From: Balanoglossus misakiensis
Lineage: Eukaryota > Animalia > Hemichordata
Length of the DNA stretch: 64,000 bases
Direction of reading: 5' to 3'
Assembly (NCBI GenBank): GCA_040954595.2
Contig: CM082588.2
Coordinates: 9,470,844-9,534,843 of the forward strand
Made by a program: the position numbers and the translations under genes. This document shows, piece by piece, positions 13,232 through 26,264 of this stretch (position 1 is the first letter of the stretch; every line of letters begins with the position of its first letter). The notes under the pieces are model-generated. The model did not search any database and was not told the origin of the DNA. It was given only the letters and a program-made list of their open reading frames with translations.

Positions 13232-15546
13232 TGATTTGAAAATTGGTATGCATGTACCTTATATCAACCCCATACAGTCCTGTATGTTTTGAGCTAACAT
13301 TATTGATTTCCTATTTTTATGCATTTTTTTGTATTTTTCCATGTTATTGGTAAAAAGTCTTCATTTCTGAAAGTGGTTTCAAAATCTGTTAGGCCGATCA
13401 ACTACAACTTTGGTGTGTAGCTAGCCTAGCATTTGATAATCATTTTAAACATAAAAAAATATATGAAAAATCGACCAATTTTTTAAATATTTTTTTTTTA
13501 AATTTATACCTTTACTTATACATCTATAGTTAAGCTATGTCCACGTCTTATTGTGGAATTCTGGTCCTGTACAGTGACTGGCTATTGGCCAGTGAGCAGA
13601 ATGGGACCAAAATAAAAGGCAAAATTTTAGGCTCACCTGAAACCACCGCTTAACCCATTAAATATTTGCATACCTAATTCCTGGCTAATAAATAGGGCTA
13701 GAGGTTTCGTTCTTGTGGGACATGGACCAGTATAGGGTCAAAATTTGTTGCCCAAAATTTGGGTGACCTCAGGTGACCTTTGACCTACTTTCCTATATCT
13801 CAGCACCTAGAGCAGGTACAGACTTGGCATTTGGAGGGTTGGGACTACAATCGAAAAGCCAAAATTGGGGGTCACCTGTGACACCTGCATATCTAATTAA
13901 TTATGTGCATTCCTAATTCCAGGCTAACCAATAAGGCTATAGTTTTGGTTTTTGTTGAACATGGACCAGTATAGGGTCAAAATTTCTTGCCCAAATTTTG
14001 GGTGATCTCACAAGACATTTGACCTACTTTACCATATCTTGACATCCAGAGCAGATATGCTTATTGCTATGTTGATATGTGCTATGTTGGCTTGGGCCCG
14101 CTATTGCTGCTTGCAGCTATATTTAAAGTTACTATTTACAAGGAGTTGTTACCCTCAACTGAGACATGTTTACATAACTTTAATATGCCAGCTGTTACAG
14201 AGACCACCAGCTATGAAATTTTAATTACCAGTGGCAGGTCAGTGTCTGTCTGTCTGTTCCAGGGCTGACTGAAAGAAGTTGCTTCTCATACATGTTTGTA
14301 CAGACAATTTTTGGTCAATTTTGTTTTTCTAGCACCACTTGTAAGACTGCCATGACACATGACAGTTTATTGGGCATGTTTCTTGTTTTTTTTTATGGTT
14401 GGGTCATATCTGCTTGCCAATGTCACATGTGATTTTTACTCTGGTGTATTCTTAGTTCTGCGTAATCCTCAAATGGGACCACAGTGTCCTTGACGCTATT
14501 TTTTTCACGTGGGGCAACAATGTCGTGTCTGTTCTCACTTCCCTTGCTATTTAAGAGGTCTTTCAAGTTTTTCTGTTACAGCAGGAAGATCTGTTGGAAA
14601 ATTTCAATATTTTTGTTGTGTGCAACAACCACTATATCTTGTTCGGTTTACTAAAAATTGCTTAAGTGCCAAGTACTGAGCGTCGCAACAAAGTGGAAAT
14701 GCTTGTAAAGTGCCTCATACAGTATCCTTCATACAGCTCTCACCAATTCTAGGCTACTAATTCTAGTCTGGTGTTTGACTTGAATTTAGTATTGAAGTCA
14801 CATCACTTACACTCTAGGGTTATTCTAACCTTCCTCAGTGCCTTGTTTTCCGATTCTAACTCCTTTACTACTTCAGCGAGTTTCTGACATCACCATAAGC
14901 ATCATCACCATCCTCTAGCTCTTCATCAATTAATATAGGCTTAAAGAGCCTATCTTACCTCGAAACACACTTTTGAGGATAAATAATAATTGGGCTTGTG
15001 TGTTAAATGCTGGTGTCCTTTTACTTATTTCATATGGATAAATAAATGTTAAATTTAAAAATGTTCAGGGCCTGAGAAAAAAGTTCTGTTTTGGCCACGG
15101 CCATTTCCGTGACGTCACAAGAGGAACCCATTTACGTTTGCAACAGACTTAGCACTGTACATTGCAGTGGTTGAATTGCAACCATACATGCCTGTGATCT
15201 AAACGGCTTTGCTGTGTCAGCCTGGGTACAACTCTGTATCCCCCGTACCCTTCAAAATAAACGTACATATGTCTACCTTATCATCTAGGGGAGATGCGAT
15301 TATGAAAAAAAAAAACTCGGCCCGGTTAGGCTACGGCTTCGCATTGCAAGCAGTACACAACATGCAATGGCAGCGGATGTGTATAGGCACCTTACACATA
15401 CAATGATTGCTGCCTCGATTAAACCGTCGAATATTGCCCAGGGGTTTAGGTCTAGAGTGTTGGGACTAAATCTACTTATCTTGGACAATGTCAACTTATT
15501 GATAACTGATCGTGGTCTTTTTGGCGATTTTTAATGACTGCCTTAA

Positions 15547-16341
15547 GATGGGTCCCTAGGATCTTTTTGCTCGTTGCTATGTGCCTTTATAGGACACTAC
15601 ACTCAATTTTGATCGAAACCGTTATGAACGTCCGACAAGGGGCTTGTAACTAGTTAAAAATACACACGATTGTGTGCACACCCCCTGTCTGAGTATGTTT
15701 ACGGCAGCTACCGCCCGGCCATAGGCCGCCACGCTAATACGGCAAAGCAGCGGTCAGCGATAGCGTGCGCGTCCTGTAACCACAGTAACTGGATCGAACG
15801 CTAAAAATCCAATGTTTTGTACACAGAGATTTTGTACCGTTCACGAAAATCCCTAAGGCTTTTTTCACAGGCGACGTAGGCCAGCCAAATTTGACCTGCT
15901 TGTTGAGAACGCACTTCCGCATAGTGTGACGGATCGTTTTTTCGGTTTTCGTCGTGCTAAGAAGCGATACCAGTGGAAGAGTGCGTCCAAAAACACCCAA
16001 AATCGATGACTTTTTCAGGTGTGGTACGGGTATGCTGAAATCGTAGGATACAACGATAATATTCGAAAACAAAATCCGTCACGATCTTCCCTGGTTCAAG
16101 CAACTAATGAATACGTATCAAGTTCGTTTTTGAGGTCACGGAATAAAAAGCCTTAGGCTTTTGAAATTTGACCTAACTAATTTGCATATCAATGGCGTCA
16201 GGGGGCGCGCGCTCACAATCGTGCGTATTTTTAACTAGTTACCAGCCCCTTGTTAGACTCTGAAAACGGCTTAGTCCAAATCGGGGTGTAATGTCCTATA
16301 AAGGCCCATAGCAACGGGCAAAAAGATCCTAGGGACCCATC
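15547..16341. mobile_element. MITE with about 140-bp TIRs and TTAA TSD (Kolobok-like)
   Basis: TTAA|GATGGGTCCCTAGGATCTTTTTGC ... GCAAAAAGATCCTAGGGACCCATC|TTAA; the arms match to about 15685/16200. Confidence 0.88.
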
Positions 16342-19050
16342 TTAACAGACAAAATACGCGTGTGTTATTGTACAAGGTCAAGGGAACTCAGCGCCGATCG
16401 GCAGCGATGACACATATCGCGCCGCGATGTATATTTACTACCAGCACTAAAATTCTGTGTTTTGAATTACATGTAAGCTATGCCTTTTTGGTGATGACAA
16501 ACAGAAACATTTATGAATTGTCGCTGTAATCATGGAAGTTCCTTGACATGCTTCATACTGCATTATAACAAAATGAAACCATACAACCAACAGTAGTGAG
16601 CCCAACCGCTTGGTGGCGCCTATTCTGCCACCATGTAAACAAGATAAAATCATTTCAGGCGAATCCTCACTTAAAATGAGACAAAACACCAAATGGCGAC
16701 AACAATAACAATACTAAGACTGTATACTTTCAATGTACATCTAACAAGCGACTCTAAAATGTGTTCCAACACATAAACGCCTACCGAAAAGTAGAGGCAT
16801 TTCATCACACGTATTTCCAGTACGCTGCCATCTTGATTTGCAGTTATCTCGTTAGAATGTCTCGCGTGATTTACGTAGCGTATAAAATATTCTGGGATAT
16901 ACTCAGAGTACATGTGTTTTGCGTTCCGAGTGTGGTGGCGTTCAATTTTCCGCGCTCCGTGATATTTTGACGTGAATTGCGGGCCATAATTGAACGTGGC
17001 CACAAACTTTGAAATTTTAAGGTAAGTGCCTCAGTGCGACAGGGACAGACAGTTGTAGTGCTCTTGTGTGGAGACTTAGGTAAAGGTTGAAAGTATTTTC
17101 TGGTGTGTCCGTTGCCGCGCAATTTGTCGCAGCCATGAAATTTGCGTTGCTACGTAGGCAGTGGTGTGCGTCAACAAATGAACATCGGATGCATGCTGGC
17201 AACGGAAAAAACTTTTTTATTTGCATAACAATAGCCGCGTTTGAAGATTGTGTTTGATTGGCCGTTAGTGAGGTCTAATCACCTTCTGCACCCTTGTTAC
17301 TGATGTCTCATCTTAAGGTAACACACTTAAATGTCTTTTTGAACATTCAGTTTTCAGGTGCTGAATTGCAAGGGAATCCAATTTAGTCGAAAGACGTTGA
17401 GGGTGTCAGTGTTTACAGGTAAGTTGTTAACTGTTTTATTTGTATTTGTGATGGAAGTAAAAAACAAACATACCAACATAAAACATCATCTTGCCAAAAT
17501 TACAGTTCATATCTATTTACTGTGTGACTACAGCTGACAATTTTTGTTTAAATTTCTTTGTGATGCAGGTGTATACAAGCCAAGTGGTTTACAGCCGCAC
17601 ATTTGTGTAGGGGTTCAATTAATTTTGGCACAACCGGTAAGTCCATACAAAATTTGACATCATTTTAATTGTTAATTAATATCTGTGCACATACCTGTAA
17701 AATGCAATCTGTGTAAATTATAATGTGTGCTTAATTTGACCTCATGAGCAGTGTGCTGTAGTAACAGTAAGTCACTACAACACACTGACCCATTGTGTGC
17801 CAGTAAACAAGAGGTAAATGTCATTAATTTCAACAATACTTTATTAAGTGTTTAATGTATACATAAAAGTTGCACAAGGTAAGTGAATAGAAACGGCGTG
17901 AGGTGAGTGTGCTTAATATGTGTCTGAGGGGATTATCATTATTTATCAGGAAAGATATTACCATAAAGCAGAAGAAAGAAGCTTGGATTGCATTTGTATT
18001 TTCCCAACAGAACTTACTGTTTGGCTTGTTGCTTTTTGGTGGAAAAGAACCTTTTCTGGTTATACTGATCCCAAGGAGATGTATGTTTGCCCACGTGCCA
18101 TTAAACTGCCAATTTAGGTGTGCTGTGCGGTTTTAAATTATAATAAATACTTTATTATTTCATAAGCCATATGTTGCACGACTGTACTGCTAAGTTCCAA
18201 AATGAGGTGAAGAGTAAATATGCATACCATTTTTTCTCCTTCACTTTGTTGTAGGTTGTTGGGGAAAATGACATCTATTTCTGTTGTACGCGCGCTTGCT
18301 CGCACTCAAGAGAATGGCTCAAGTTGTACTTTAAAAAAAATTATGTTATTTCATTATTGAATGACCAAAATAAAGTTTCAGTTACAGGGCGCAAAGAAAT
18401 GAAACTCCTGCATTATATCAATGCATTATGTGATAGTAGTTTGGGTGATGTCGTGCTTAGTGTAATAGAAAAAGTTTTAATAAAATCATTTGATCCAAAA
18501 ATTGACATACCTTTGATTAACATATTCAATGATGGAAGTGTTCAAATTTCAATTATCCATATTGCACATGGGTTTGAGTCATATGTGACCTTCAACCGCG
18601 CACAGCTTAAACTATGTATTCCACCAGTATTTTTTATGTTTCAAAATTTTTATTTAACATCAAATTTTGGTATAATTGATTTTGCATCAGACTCTGGTTT
18701 TTCAGGAATAGAGACAGACTCAGATCATTATTAATTTCCTACTAATTATTTGTAATGATAAGCACAATGTAAACATTCCACACTGTAAGTACAATAAATA
18801 ATACTACTTTACAGTCACTTTGATGTGTGTGACAAAATTGCTATGCACAAGTCTACTTAACCCTTTCACCACTATTTATACGTAAAAAGGTGTGGCATTA
18901 ACATTTACCAAAAATGTGGTAAAAGGGATAAGATGTTTGCTGTGTGCGTGTTGAAGTGTGATGTAAGAGGTACAGTAAAACCTTACAGTTCAAAGTTGTG
19001 TTGTTTTTTCTTTACTGTCTCGTAGTTGCTGCTACTTACCAGCCATTAAC

Positions 19051-22000
19051 ATGGTAAGTCTATGCAATGCACCTTCAAATCGACTGATTGTAGACAAAGT
19101 AAAAGATCATGGTGTGTTATCTACAGCAAGGTGGTTGCACGGTGAAAGTCTCAGCTTCATGTGTCATTGTAGTGAGTGTGAAACTAACCATAACACATTA
19201 TCTGACAGTGTGGATTCATACACCAAGGCAGTCTCTCGGTTAATGGACAAATATCGGAAATTAAGTAAGAGCAAAGGAAGGCCAAAAGGTGCAACTGAAA
19301 TGCAGTTATTTTTGCAGGAGAGGTTTGCCTTTCCAAAGAAATCACCGAACCAACAATCCAAAAAGGAAGCCACTACCCCATTTACAACCACAGACAATCC
19401 AAAGCTTGCAAGAGAAACATATGCCAGTGTTGCCAGCTCGCTGGGCACCGAAAATTGGAAACTAAATCAAACGTGCCAAGAACTCTCCTTGGAAATAGAA
19501 AAACTAAATGAAGATATGGGAGACATATGCCAAAAAGGAATGCACCTTCACAAGAAGGTTATAAAGAAGGGAAAAGAATTGAAAAGGACAGCTATGCGTG
19601 AAGAATATTGGCGGAAAAAATGTGCACGTTTGGAAGGAGAAAGTGTTTGCCAAAGTGCTCCATCAGAAAATACCGTTACAAGGATGCAATCAAAGATAGA
19701 TGCCCTGAGTAATGAAGTACACCAGCTGCATTCTGAAATAAACTTGCTTCGGGCTGATGCAAATGCAACTGTGAAACTGTATGATGAAGAACAACGACGA
19801 TTCCTACCAGAAGTGCATATTTGTGTGTACACTCTACTTTCGCATCACGTTGGCTCCACTCACATAGGCCCAGTCATAGAAGCCTGTTTGAAGTTGGCTG
19901 GGAAAGAGGCTAACAGGCTACCCTCTCCATCCACTGTTGACAACTGGAACATTGAGAGAAGTGTTATTGCCCGCCAACAAATATCTGACGAGGTAAGTTG
20001 CGAAGCCAATACAACGCTGCATACTGACGAAGCATCAAAATTCAGTCAACAGTATGGCGCCCATTCTGCAAGACTGAACGACGGAACATATAGAGTCCTT
20101 GGGTTGAAGGATCTAGCCACCAAATCTGCACAACACACTCTAGATGTCTTTAAGGATATCCTGGAAGATGTAGATGAGGTAGCTGGTGAAACTGACAACG
20201 CCGTATCCAAGAAAATTTTGGGTAATATTAAAAACACAATGAGTGACAGGGCAGCAACAGAGGTCAAGTTCAACAGTCTGTTGGAGGAGTACCGATTGTC
20301 TGTGTTGCCGGATATCATCCCAAATTATGACTTGTTGGATCCGGAGTCCAAGTCTGCTGTAGACAAGATAAATCATTTCTTTTGTGGTTTGCACACACTC
20401 GTGCACATGGCAGACGTCACACAGAAAGCTGTTCTTGAAGCTGAAAAGGGCCACTTCGAAGGTAGTGTACCAGGGCAAGACAGGGACACCAATCGCTCCA
20501 ATGAACCAGGCACTCTGAGACTGGTTCGAACGGCCTGTAAAGCGTTTGCCAGACGTGGTGATTGCAAGAGTGGTTGCCATGGCAATTTCAAGACATTTGT
20601 CCATGATTTCCTGAGAGCTCATAATCTTCAATCTGTACCACTCTCCCCATACCGTGGAAATCGTTTTAACATTTTGTTCATCAATGGAGGCAATGTATTT
20701 TTTCTTTATCAGCACATGTTACAGTTCTTGCAGAAGTATGGTACCAAAGGCAATCGACTGCTTGCAGCTGTGCAGAATGACCTACAAAATCCTTTTTTTG
20801 TAGGTGGTTGTAAGGCCTAGGGTCTTATTTCGAAATATGTGACAACCCCCCTATGGAAAGTAATCGAAGATGCAGACATAGCCATTACAGAAGTCCACAC
20901 ATACTACACCAGACTCCACGTTTACCTACAACAAGCAGCTTCAAATCTGGATGATTTCATTCAGGGAAAGTGTATCATGTATGATACAGTTGCCGTCAAT
21001 CATGACGTTATATTAGACACACTACTGAAGCCATCACCACATGATGACCACACTATGGTCATCTTAGGCATTGTTTTGCCTGCGTTAGCTGAACTGATAC
21101 AGCGCCACTTTAGGGATTTTCTTCCTGCAGGAAAATATGTTAATGTCACACCTACTATGATAACATCCACCAAGAGCGTAGCGCAACACAACAAACAACC
21201 CGAACGCATGTTTGCGTATTTAGATCACCTGCTGACTGTCAAACCCAATATCTCCACTCTAGCCTCTGAGGCCTACATTATATTCACTATGAACAAAACC
21301 AAGTTTTGGTTAGAAGCCAAAAATAATGAAGAGAAGTCGAAGCTGGTGGCAGCAGCTACAAGACAAGCCAGCAAGGAACGCAAGAAGTTCCATTGTAGGG
21401 AGACAGAAATAAGAACAATCCGTCAACAGAGGCTGCAAGATGCGTTCAACAAAAAGCAACAATCCGAACAGCACCAGCTGAGCGTCTTAGAACAGCAGTC
21501 CCATGACATAGTACATTATGGATTATGGCAGTCTGTTGAACAGGTTGATGGGTACATGACATCACTGCCAGACAAAGGTAGCCAAGCAAAGGCATTAAAG
21601 GCGCAGCTACGCTTCAGAAAAAATCTTCTGCGGCAAAGACATGCAAATACCAGAATCTTCAACTTCAGTGAAGTTGTTGAAAACAAGCGTCGTGACCTAA
21701 GTATCCAAGAACTTGCAGCTAATTTGAAGGAGTTAATAAAAGACTCACTTCAAATGCCTACTTCCCAACCTACATCTGATGCTATGCTTGTAGGCAAAAG
21801 AGTCAAGCACCAATTCAAAGATGATGTAGGAGATTTAACCTGGTATATGGGCAATGTTATATCACAGGTAAAACACATACTTTTGCACAGCACGTTTTAA
21901 AAAGTCAAAATGAAGTGCACAGCAAAAGTTTGGAATTGTAAGCACTGGTTGCTAACACAGCACCATGATAAATGTTGCACACTGTTTTTTTTTTCAGTAA

Positions 22001-22391
22001 ATTGTAATTACCTGTAACTGACTATTTTCTTTCAGGAAATAATGTATTTAGTTTAACTTGTAATTGACTTATTAACTTGTTTCTTTATTTCAGCAAATAA
22101 TGTCTTCAGTGTGATCTATACTTAAGTGACTAACACTCTTCTTCATTTTAGCACATAAAGTGATAAAGTGTCCACTTTATTTCATAGCAGCCATCATGTA
22201 AATGTTCTGAATACAGACGCCAGTGCTTGGCAGGACACTCATGATGTATCATTTTCCTTCAGGTTCCAGGTTATCCCTGCTGGTTTAACATTACATATGA
22301 TGAGGACCGGGCAAGTGATGGGTCAGCAATAGTGTACACATACAAGTTGATGGATGACTACAGGGCTGGGGATCTCGAAATAATTGTCTGA
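19051..22391 (+). pseudogene. DDE transposase (CxxH class, hAT/Kolobok supergroup) with C-terminal Spindlin (Spin/Ssty) Tudor-like domain; exons 19051-21867 and 22263-22391; one premature stop at 20818
   Basis: The 589-aa and 353-aa ORFs are in one frame, separated only by TAG (GCKA*GLISK). Candidate triad TLHTDEAS / TMSDRAA / PERMF and FFCGLH. A phase-0 intron (CAG|GTAAAA ... TTTTCCTTCAG|GTT) adds VPGYPCWFNITYDED...VYTYKLMDDYRAGDLEIIV*. Confidence 0.8.
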
Positions 22392-23399
22392 GTAAGTATA
22401 GACTCAGCAATCATTTAACAATTTTAGTGAGTGACAGTTACTTTCACGTTTAGCCCATTACAGCTGATGAACATGTGAACTTTAAAATTTGAATAATCTG
22501 CCTTTATTTACAAGTGTGAAATTCCTTTCAGAGCTCTAATTGTCCATTGTATGTTTAATATTCATGTGCAGTCCTATCAGTGCTATTCATGAGGTCATGA
22601 CCTCATTTGTATAACAAAAGACGTCCATCTTGATTTTGTGTCAGAAAGGCACACACTTGGCACCATATTTTGCTTACTCATTCCGACTAGTGGAGCCTCA
22701 AATTTGACATTTACCAGTGCTTTTAATGTTATGTGGTGAATGAATTTTCATCTCCTCTTTGCAGTTTTGGTAAATGATGCAATTTTACAAACCCACTGGG
22801 AACCCTACCAACAGCAACAGGCGATCATGCCAGGCCGACCCACTCACGCTCACAAAGCATGAAACATTTTCATTGATACACACGAATATCTAAGTTTGGA
22901 AACAGTTTTCACTCACACGAGGCAAAATTTATTCAACACATTTTGTTTCAAAATTTGTACAATGTGTTTTGGAGCCGATGAGTCGGACATAGCGCGACGT
23001 AAAACTTGTAAACAAAGAAATTAGAAAAGAAAGATGGCGACCATTCAGCCGAAGCCATACAAAGGTACGACTGAAAAAAAAATGTGAAATAGTAACGGTA
23101 ATATTTTGAACGTTCAAGTTTTTACATCGATTGCTGTCAACCTTACTTATCGTAGTTTGCGGTCACTGGGTACCGGTTAGCCAGACGGAAGCATGAATAA
23201 TAATAAACAATCTCAACATGATGTCGGCCAACGCGAAATTGTGTTTACGCATCCTGCCAGTTCACCTACTACTACTTGTCTACAGTACTGTGTAAATCGC
23301 GGTCGCTGGAACATTGTATGAACACCAATACCGGGCATAAACGATCTGTTGGTCGACCTCTCCTGCTGACAGGCTTCTATTTTCCTGTATGGGTGGGGA

Positions 23400-23617
23400 T
23401 TGTCTTCTCGTGATTCGAACCTGGCCGATTATCGTTCAACGGTCATGCATTGACAGTTACGGCCGCGACCGTCACCGGCGCCGCGCCGGCTTCATATCCA
23501 CCGTACGATGTTGATGATCGTGGCATAGACTTTCATTCGTTTTTGTGGAACTCACACGGGTGACTCCCGTCTAGGTAATGTGTTGCTGCAACCACGGCAA
23601 ACAACTCCTTTTCCCAT
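23400..23617 (-). pseudogene. Possible decayed THAP-domain start of the outer Kolobok element
   Basis: MGKGVVCRGCSNT... starts just inside the subterminal IR, the same layout as the clearer THAP relic at 62697. It is heavily frameshifted. Confidence 0.35.
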
Positions 23618-25273
23618 TGTGGTATTACACAGAAAAGCACGAAAACACCGTATGACACCTGTGAGCATCGCTAAAGCTGGTCTACCTGACCGGTTCCTCT
23701 TGTGATGTCACGTCACGTGACCAAAATGCAGCAAACCTGAACTCGGACTTTTCAGGACGGGGTGGATTTTGAAGCATTTTATGAGAACAAGACAAATATT
23801 ATAGAAATCGATACCCGAAAAATATTGTCACTTTTGGAAAATAGTACATTTCTTTTGAACATTTTTTAACCTTCTGATAAGATTTAAAAAGGCAAGATAT
23901 GCTCTTTAAACCAAAGAAATTTTGAAAGCAATAATGTTCATACAAATAGCAATGTGCAATGCACATGTACATGGTGGGCAGCCTTCATATTCTTAAGCCA
24001 CTGAAAAGGAAAGCCTCAAAAAATTGCTAACGGTAAAAAGCTAGTTGAGCATTTAAGTCCCAGTATTTCTAATTTTTGACCATTTTTCATTTTCAAAAAT
24101 TGCATCTTAGAATACCACATAATGAAGATAAAGAAAGATTTGTGCTGCTGTAGCTCCATACAAGTCCTATATAAACATTGCCCCTAAAATTGAAAATGGT
24201 GCGTGGATTTGATTACAATGGATATAGTGTATACATGTATGTGAATTATCATGCTTTTCTTTGCAGAGTAGCTACCATATATGATGCACCTGGATCTGTA
24301 TTACTTCAAACTGCTGCACTAGAAGTCGTAGAGTTGGCATGTAAAAGTATAACTCACCATTTGAGGTAGCATCAGATAATATCTCATGCAAGTGCATCCT
24401 TTCAGTTTTTGCTATTGCTGGTGGTATGCTGTCATCCACATGAAGCTTTCTCTTAGAGTGCTGTGGCACACTTCCTTGTGGCTAAGAAGCAGCTTTTTAT
24501 TGATAGAGTGCAGGAGGATACCAGCTCCCTCAGACAATTTGCTCTGAAAGAAAAACATAAATTTGTCATTTGACTCCTCAAAAGTTAATGTCAGCAGATC
24601 ATGCAAGTTGCCAGATTCTTTGTCACTACAAATTTGCTTTGTAGTATAAAAGGCTAAGATTGTGCACCACATGCCAAGATTTGTCCTCGCCAGATTCATC
24701 CCAAGAATCATTGATCTTGACTTTTAGTTGCAAATTACTTCCCAAACTGGGGAACTGCAGACTGGTTCATGCTGAGATTGATATTGCGGAGGTTCGCGGG
24801 GGAAACCCAGTCTATTCGGGCGAACAGTTCCACAAATAAATGTCCTCTCCCTGAGTATAGTGTTTCATTTTTTCTGGGGAAGTAGTGTAAAACCCTTGTA
24901 AAGCCCTTTTAGGTTTGCCTACCATCCCATCATATCGGGGGAATCTTTGCATGTACACTTGGCAATTCTGTTCAGCGCAAGCACTTGAGGTATTGATTCA
25001 TCAGCTATTGGTGTTACTGTGTGATGTGGCTGCATCACATGATCTGGCCTTGTTGAGTTTTATCAGAGTCGACATCAAAACATTCATTCTTGGATTTCCG
25101 CCAGTTCCATGCAAAATTTTTGAGTCACTTTGAGCAAAACCTTGTTCATCAGGCTGGTTCTCATCGAAAATGTTTAGAACAAAGTGTAAGAACACGTGCT
25201 GATCTTTAAAACATCACATATGCTGCTGTCTGTACCTTTTCCTTCCCTAGAGCCACATTATGCAGAAGAACAC

Positions 25274-26255
25274 TTTTATTTATTTATTTATCTTTTTTTT
25301 CGAGGGCATGCTCATAAAACCAATACAACAAAGAAAAAATAGATAAAAGCACACAAAACAACAATAAAAAGAAAAAAACACAGTCACAAATGATTAACAG
25401 TGTCACGGAAAAGAATATTAACAAGTCTAAAAACAGTCAGCAAATGTTTTGCGCCAAAAGATGCTGTGTCGAATTACATCCAAGGATAAAGTTGCATTAA
25501 TCAAGTTATTTCTACTTTCTTTCAATCTGAGATAAAATCTGGAACGAGCAGTCCGTTGCTTACAGTGGAAAGTCATAATGGAATTGCCAACAAAAGTCTC
25601 AGAAATACTCAATCGATGTTTGATACCCAGCATGATTCTGAAGGCGTTATTATATGAAACTCGTACATCATTAATACATTTCTGAGTATATGAGCTCCAT
25701 AGATGAGAGCAGCACATCCCAGAGCAATATGCATTAACAAGACATATCTTGACAGAAGTGGTACAATTGTAGAAGTTACGAAGCAGAGAGTTGGCCCTTG
25801 CATATAAACTCCTCATTTGACGTTTTATATCATCAACGTCATTACCTACGTTATTTAGCACAACTCCAAGGTACGAATGTTTCGTAACAAATGTTAGCAC
25901 TGAATTATTAAGATACACATGAGGAATGCGGGTAAGACGACAATGTTTAGGTAAAACAAAAAGACACTTTGACTTAAATTCATTGAATATGATATCATGA
26001 GAAAGTGCATACTCACTACACGTTCTTAACACCCTATTCAAACTTTTAATAGAAGGACAAATTAACACTACATCATCTGCGTACAGCAAATGGTTTACAC
26101 ATCTCCCTGCAATATGGAAACCAATTTTTGTTTCACAAAGCAAGTTGCTCAGATCATCCATGTAAATATTAAATAAACGAGGGGATAGTATTCCACCTTG
26201 TTTAACACCATTGTAGACAGAAAAGCTATCAGAGATTACTGAGCACCATCTGACT
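25274..26255 (-). mobile_element. 5'-truncated L2-group (Crack/Daphne-like) LINE, RT C-terminal half
   Basis: GVKQGGILSPRLFNIYMDDLS, HLLYADDVVL, YLGV; stop at 25427, short 3' UTR and (TAAA)n tail at 25274-25291. Confidence 0.85.
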
Positions 26256-26264
26256 TTATAATGG

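Larger units (their letters stand above)
9191..14505 (+). mobile_element. HINE/DINE-like element (host of the 9451-13231 insertion)
   Basis: ATGGGACC motif near both ends, (TATG/GATG)n microsatellite at 9222-9270, degenerate about 240-bp tandem units at 13610-14050, and a 3' hairpin AGTGTC-CTT-GACGCT followed by a T-run at about 14483-14505. Confidence 0.6.
14945..23905. mobile_element. Kolobok-type element with TTAA TSD (outer shell, contains nested insertions)
   Basis: TTAA|AGAGCCTATCTTACC at 14941 versus GGCAAGATATGCTCT|TTAA at 23891-23909. A second, subterminal IR pairs GTGACGTCACAAGAGGAACC (~15109-15128) with GGTTCCTCTTGTGATGTCAC (~23692-23711). Confidence 0.7.

Noticed and set aside
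18324-18734. 136-aa ORF upstream of the transposase
   Set aside because: It has a non-ATG start, AT-rich intron-like composition and no motifs.
20818-20820. Programmed stop-codon read-through in the transposase
   Set aside because: A single TTG to TAG change in an A-L-G-L-I context is the simpler explanation, and no read-through signal is evident.
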